Shown here in pieces: positions 59,592-64,000 of a stretch of DNA of 64,000 nucleotides (position 1 is the first letter of the stretch; every line of letters starts with the position of its first letter). The notes below the pieces were generated by a model. It was not told the origin of the DNA. It did not search any database and saw only the letters and a program-made list of their open reading frames with translations. The position numbers and the translations under genes were made by a program. The stretch is from a virus, in the IMG/VR virus record IMGVR_UViG_3300049846_001717, positions 34,056 through 98,055 of that record; one strand, 5' to 3'.

Positions 59592-60479
59592 TTAGAGTCG
59601 GGGATCGTCCGCGAACGCCGTCACGCGAGCCATCATCTCCCATTCGGTCGGGAAGGTGAGGACGTACCCGGCGATCTTGCCGAGGAGACGGAGCGAAACG
59701 GCCGGGATCTGGGTGTAGTGCTTCTCCACCCACGCGACCACTTCTTCCTGCTGACCTTTGGTCAGTCCCTTCTGGATGAGGATACCGTGCTTCCGCGTCA
59801 TGTGCGAGATCCACGCCACCACATCCTCACGCGAATGCAGCTTGAGGTCGAGGTAGACGGCGCGGTCCATGATGGCGCGGTAGTGGACCGCCGCACCCTT
59901 GCGGTCGAGCAGCGCCTCGCCCTGCAGGTCCTTATTCGTGATGAAGATCATCGACCCCTTATACTCGAACTCGGGTTCGATATCCCCAAGCGCCGCCGTC
60001 TCGGACAGCCACGAGATCTTGCGGGTGTCGCCGGTGTCGAGCGCCGCCTTCAGGAGGTTCATGGAATCTTCATCCTCGTACACCGAATCGGTATCGTCCA
60101 GGAGGATGACGTCGTTCTCGCCCTTGAACTTGTAGAGAAGCTTATACAGGCTGATGGGCGTCATCTTGCCGTGAACGTACGTGAAATTGATCTTGTTGCG
60201 TTCCTTCGCCTGATAGAGCAGCGCCTTGATGGTGTGGGACTTACCGACACCCGGCGCCCCTGAGATCACCAACCCACGGGTGCTCCCCTCGATCGCGGTG
60301 ACCGCGAGCTTATACATGACGGAGAACCGCTCCGAGATCTTCGTGATGCGTTCCGCGGGCGTCTCGGTGGACTTGGCGTTGATGATTCGCATGAGCTCCG
60401 CGACCTCATTTGCCGAGGGGCGGCCCCGACGACCTGGGACACCCGCCTTCGCTCGCAACGCCTTGATATCGACCGTCAT
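59592..60479 (-). CDS. phage AAA-family ATPase with N-terminal AT-hook-like motif
   Basis: RRGRP; SGAPGVGKS; LLDDTD; NLLKAALD; FITN. Confidence 0.85.
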   Translation of the reverse strand: MTVDIKALRAKAGVPGRRGRPSANEVAELMRIINAKSTETPAERITKISERFSVMYKLAVTAIEGSTRGLVISGAPGVGKSHTIKALLYQAKERNKINFTYVHGKMTPISLYKLLYKFKGENDVILLDDTDSVYEDEDSMNLLKAALDTGDTRKISWLSETAALGDIEPEFEYKGSMIFITNKDLQGEALLDRKGAAVHYRAIMDRAVYLDLKLHSREDVVAWISHMTRKHGILIQKGLTKGQQEEVVAWVEKHYTQIPAVSLRLLGKIAGYVLTFPTEWEMMARVTAFADDPRL

Positions 60480-60805
60480 GTTTTCTCCGTTTAGGTAATA
60501 TGGGGAATATAATCGATTATCCGACAAAGGGAAGTCCCGTTACACGTTCGTTACAATCGACGGTTTAAGGGCAATTCAATTGCCCTTATTCCTTATCGCC
60601 AGCCGTAGCCGGACTCGAGCGGTCCAAGTTCACCGTTCTCGAGCACCTCGCGCCACTCCCAGTAGTTCGACATCGGCGGATAGCCGAGATCCCGCCGAAC
60701 GGCGATTCAGCTCCTTCGCGTAGGCGTCCCGATTGCCGGGGAAGAGCATTCCGGCTCGAAGTTGTGCGTCCGTCAGTGAACGCGGGTCGTTGGCGTCGGA
60801 CATGA

Positions 60806-61006
60806 TTAGTTCTCCTCCTTGAACGTCTCGGCCCATTCCTCGGGCGTGATGCCGGTCATGATGAACTCGCGGTCATCCGCCGAGACGTTCCACATGACGT
60901 CCTGGATCTTCCGGCCGCTCTGCCAGGCCTCGAGCTGTTCCGGCGTGACGTTGATCTCGCGAGTGTTCGTCTGGCCAGAGAACGGGCTGGTGCGGGTCAC
61001 CTTCAT
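60806..61006 (-). CDS. conserved small phage protein
   Basis: IQDV...S.DDREFIMTGITPEEW. Confidence 0.75.
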   Translation of the reverse strand: MKVTRTSPFSGQTNTREINVTPEQLEAWQSGRKIQDVMWNVSADDREFIMTGITPEEWAETFKEEN

Positions 61007-61072
61007 CGTATTGGACTCCGTTGGGGTATGACCGAAATATACTACGGGACTCGCCCGTGGCAACAACGAATG

Positions 61073-61327
61073 TTATTGATCCCGTTCCGTGATCTCAAAG
61101 TGGTCCGGCATGACGTTATTCCGTACACAGAACCAGGTCCGTCCGTTATGCTTGGTCGGGTCCAAGTCCATTAACGATCGGCCACACAATTCCAGTATCG
61201 TTCCCGTCTCGTCACCACGCGCGGCGCTCGAGAGGCGCGCCGCCGTCGAGATCACTGAACCGTAAAAGCTATGATGACACCGGAACAGTCGGGTACCGGG
61301 AGTCACGACGATGGAATATTTCTTCAT
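61073..61327 (-). CDS. dispersed paralog family member 20
   Basis: KYSIVV...ILELCG...FCVRNNVMPDHFEI. Confidence 0.7.
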   Translation of the reverse strand: MKKYSIVVTPGTRLFRCHHSFYGSVISTAARLSSAARGDETGTILELCGRSLMDLDPTKHNGRTWFCVRNNVMPDHFEITERDQ

Positions 61328-61593
61328 AGAGGCAGCAACGTCCGACCGATCAGGACGATCCGATCCTTCGGCACGCCAATGTTCATCAGGGTACGAATGA
61401 ACGCACGAGCGCGAGAGGCGGTATCGAACTCGACTCGGTCGATTCCGGTGTCCGTCACATTCCGTTCGAATCCGACATTCTTGTAGCGCACGCCGTCTCG
61501 AACGTCGAACATGATTTCCTCATACGACTGACCGACGTGCGGTGGGAACCAGTGTTCGATCTGCACATCGTACTGATAGCAGTGACAGGTCAT
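61324..61593 (-). CDS. hypothetical protein
   Basis: ATGA coupling; cassette promoter. Confidence 0.6.
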   Translation of the reverse strand: MTCHCYQYDVQIEHWFPPHVGQSYEEIMFDVRDGVRYKNVGFERNVTDTGIDRVEFDTASRARAFIRTLMNIGVPKDRIVLIGRTLLPL

Positions 61594-61950
61594 GATTTTA
61601 CTCGGTTGGGGATACGTACAATATAGAACGATTCGTGGAGAAAGTCAAATTCCGCGTTTGTTACAATCGACGGATTTGTAACGAGTTTAGGAGGTTTATA
61701 AGCCGCTTGAAGCGCCGAGCGACATCGCACGCACCGCTTCGATATATAACGTCGCCCCGAACAAACGGCAACTAGTTTCCACGGATTGTAACGATTGTGT
61801 AACGAGCACCCCAACCCCTTGTCCCATAAGCGTTTAAGCGGTATCTTGTCAGGTTCAATGTGAAAGGGGATCTATATTTTAGATGATGTAAAACATTCCA
61901 AGTCGATATCCGATATGCGCTTATACGATTTTCCACAATACGCGATCGGT

Positions 61951-62520
61951 AGGGTTTTCTCCGACACGGGAAATCCCCTAGGGGAAACCCTTACACGGAT
62001 GTCGGAGAAACCCTCACACGCGCGTAAGGGAAACCCCGACCGGGGTGTAGGGGAAACCCTTACATGCGCGTCGGGGAAACCCCTAGGGGAAACCCGTAAG
62101 GGAGTCAAAAAGACACAAGCGAAGAAATCCCGAATGTCACAAATCGACACAAGCGGGTCGGTCCGTGCCGAAACGACACAAGCACGCCACGCGAAACGCC
62201 ACAGTCCCGGGCGATTAGTGGACCGATCGGGGTGGCGGGTCAAAAGGTCACAAGCAAATTGAGATCCGAAACGCCACAAGCAGCGAACCCCATATAGTAC
62301 GTCAGAATATGACGGCTATATGGGGTTTCGTGTAGGCATGGGAAGATGCTGAATTAGGCTGGGGTGCCTAGGGAAGATGCTGAATTAGAATCTCCGCTGG
62401 GCAGGAGATGCTGAATTAGGCTATGGGGTAGCAGTCAGGCTGACGCGAAATTCAGCGGGTCCACCCTTCCGAGGTGACGATGCTGAATTGGGCCGTCCCC
62501 ATAGGATGCTGAATTAGAAC
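61951..62520. repeat. three clusters of iteron-like repeats
   Basis: about 7x GGGGAAACCC-like; about 6x (G)ACACAAGC-like; 5x GATGCTGAATT. Confidence 0.85.
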
Positions 62521-62827
62521 AGCACCCACCAGATCACGAACAGAACGATGACCGCCTGCCAGAATAGCCGACGTCGTACGGTCATCGCTTACCCGATTTG
62601 GTGACAAAGAAATAGATGATCGTACCTACGAGCAATAGAGTCATGGAATTATCCAAAGAGAATGTAGAAGCCCAAGTAGTACGCGATCACCCAGAGCACG
62701 AGCAGTCCCAGCCGTGCCCACCGGGTGGACCGGGATTCCACCCGTTCGTAGAATCCAAGGCACCACGACTGTTCCAGTGCCCCGATGAAACAGGCCACCA
62801 TCGCGATGACCGGAATGATGACCTGTA

Positions 62828-63178
62828 TCATGACTTCAAGCTCTTGCGAATCTTGAGCATCTCCGCCTCGGTGATCGGCTGACCCTTGCTATACCACTGG
62901 CCATCGTGCTCGAACAGGATCTTGAAGTGCCAACCCTTGCCCTTGCCAGACTTCGCCGTCTTTGCGGCCTGCAATTTGGCGGCCTTTTTGGCGACCCTCG
63001 CTTCCTTTCGTGCCTTCTTTTCCTCAGGCGTGACCACAGGCGCAGCCACAGGCTGTTTCGGAGGGTCCGTCAGGCGGGCGACGCAATGATCGCACAGTCC
63101 GGCGGCCGAATCGATCGCAACCTTCATATCCGACTTGCACCAAATGCAGCGAATCCACTTCGTGTTGACCTTGGCCAT
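62828..63178 (-). CDS. Lys/Ala-rich Zn-finger protein
   Basis: CIWC...CDHC; basic C-terminus. Confidence 0.7.
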   Translation of the reverse strand: MAKVNTKWIRCIWCKSDMKVAIDSAAGLCDHCVARLTDPPKQPVAAPVVTPEEKKARKEARVAKKAAKLQAAKTAKSGKGKGWHFKILFEHDGQWYSKGQPITEAEMLKIRKSLKS

Positions 63179-64000
63179 TATTCGGGATCCAGTGGAAGAA
63201 GTTCATCGACAACCGTAGTAGTCCGTTTGACCACTCGGTGTGGGGCATGCCCCGGCAAATCCTCGTCAAACTCGGCGGCCAGGGATCGGGCCGATCGTTC
63301 GGTCATGAACGATCCGCTCTGGCCATGTCGAAGTTGTACGTAGAAGGTGACCGTCGTACCGGTACGAGCGTGCGTCATACCGAAAGATACCCAGATCGCC
63401 CCCGGAAGTCAAGGGGGTATGAGTACATGTTACATAACAGGAGATCACCCCGAATACGAGCGATATCGCACACAGGACGTGACCGTTTGGTCATAACCCA
63501 ATATCAACCCATAACCATTACATAGATTTGAGCGAAAATCAGGCAGCCCATCGACGTTCACAAGAGTCCCATAGGCGACTACGCTCGTGCCCATGAGTAT
63601 ATGACGCAAAAACACCTGCGCATATGCCACGAAATTTACTATAGGTTCATAGCAAAAGGGGCAGTGGCGCGTCTTCCGCGGCACTACCCCATTTCCAATC
63701 GTGAACACCAGATGTGGTCGGCTACTTTCTACATTTAGTACAACACAATTTCAAGCTCTATACCACCCTGGCACATGCAGATATCCCTGTTCGTCGGCAT
63801 AATCTGCCGTGGCCGTGCGCCCCATGCCTACTAGGATCTGATATTTGGTATCATGCCAGACTAGGCTGGTGTACCCCGGTTCCCCGAACAAGGCATCCTT
63901 GGTCAGGGGCAGGGCCGGATCATAATAAAATGCCAGCGGGTTGACGGGACCACCACGGTACAAGCGGAGGTGCCGGCTCGGTTCGGATCGTAGGGCGTTG

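Larger units (their letters stand above)
30593..61675 (-). repeat. dispersed promoter-cassette repeat CCGTCGATTGTAACGAAA (about 27 copies)
   Basis: + strand GTTACAATC core near 30593, 32125, 33533, 34835, 38123, 38505, 38999, 39631, 39914, 40354, 41721, 42381, 43151, 43487, 44216, 44843, 45222, 46922, 51409, 54869, 56105, 57336, 57920, 58935, 59541, 60550, 61660. Confidence 0.92.

Noticed and set aside
30593-61675. Dispersed repeat as CRISPR array or integron attC sites
   Set aside because: Spacing is hundreds to thousands of bases with whole genes between copies; no RYYYAAC...GTTRRRY paired structure; no cas or integrase gene in the window
61872-62279. ORFs across the repeat block
   Set aside because: Repetitive translation reflects the DNA repeats; no ribosome-binding site

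Overview
This window is a segment of a large (jumbo-type) bacteriophage genome, with almost all genes on the - strand. The host is tentatively Gemmatimonadota-like, inferred from the GroEL and pilin-like sequences. (1) 1-11.6 kb is a translation-support island. It holds about 37 tRNA genes grouped by amino acid, several with non-canonical architecture, plus tRNA-like and other structured RNAs, an HNH nuclease and a BCS1-like AAA ATPase. It also holds a domain-1-less RF1-type (PxT, GGQ) release factor that is split by a prfB-style +1 frameshift cassette (GAGGT-AGT-CTT-TGA-C) and missed by the ORF track. Most of the array lies downstream of a leader-peptide/antiterminator/terminator that looks like a ribosome-coupled attenuator. 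(2) 11.6-24.8 kb holds GroEL, a second HNH, a five-gene ABC/SBP-OmpA/coiled-coil membrane operon, a coiled-coil gene followed by a 223-nt hairpin, and a small kinase-like gene. (3) 24.8-29.9 kb is a tandem expansion of 17 paralogous ~80-95-aa proteins of a family I do not recognise; 3 more copies lie at 59-61 kb. (4) 30.6-61.7 kb is an early region built from about 27 promoter cassettes, each carrying a conserved CCGTCGATTGTAACGAAA element. The cassettes drive many small genes (often leaderless), MoxR/vWA, rIIA/rIIB, Gp88-like, SprT and JAB-like genes, a pilin mimic, and ORF-less structured RNA units. (5) 61.7-62.5 kb is a block of iteron-like repeats, a candidate origin or terminus. All calls come from reading the sequence by eye; no database searches were run.
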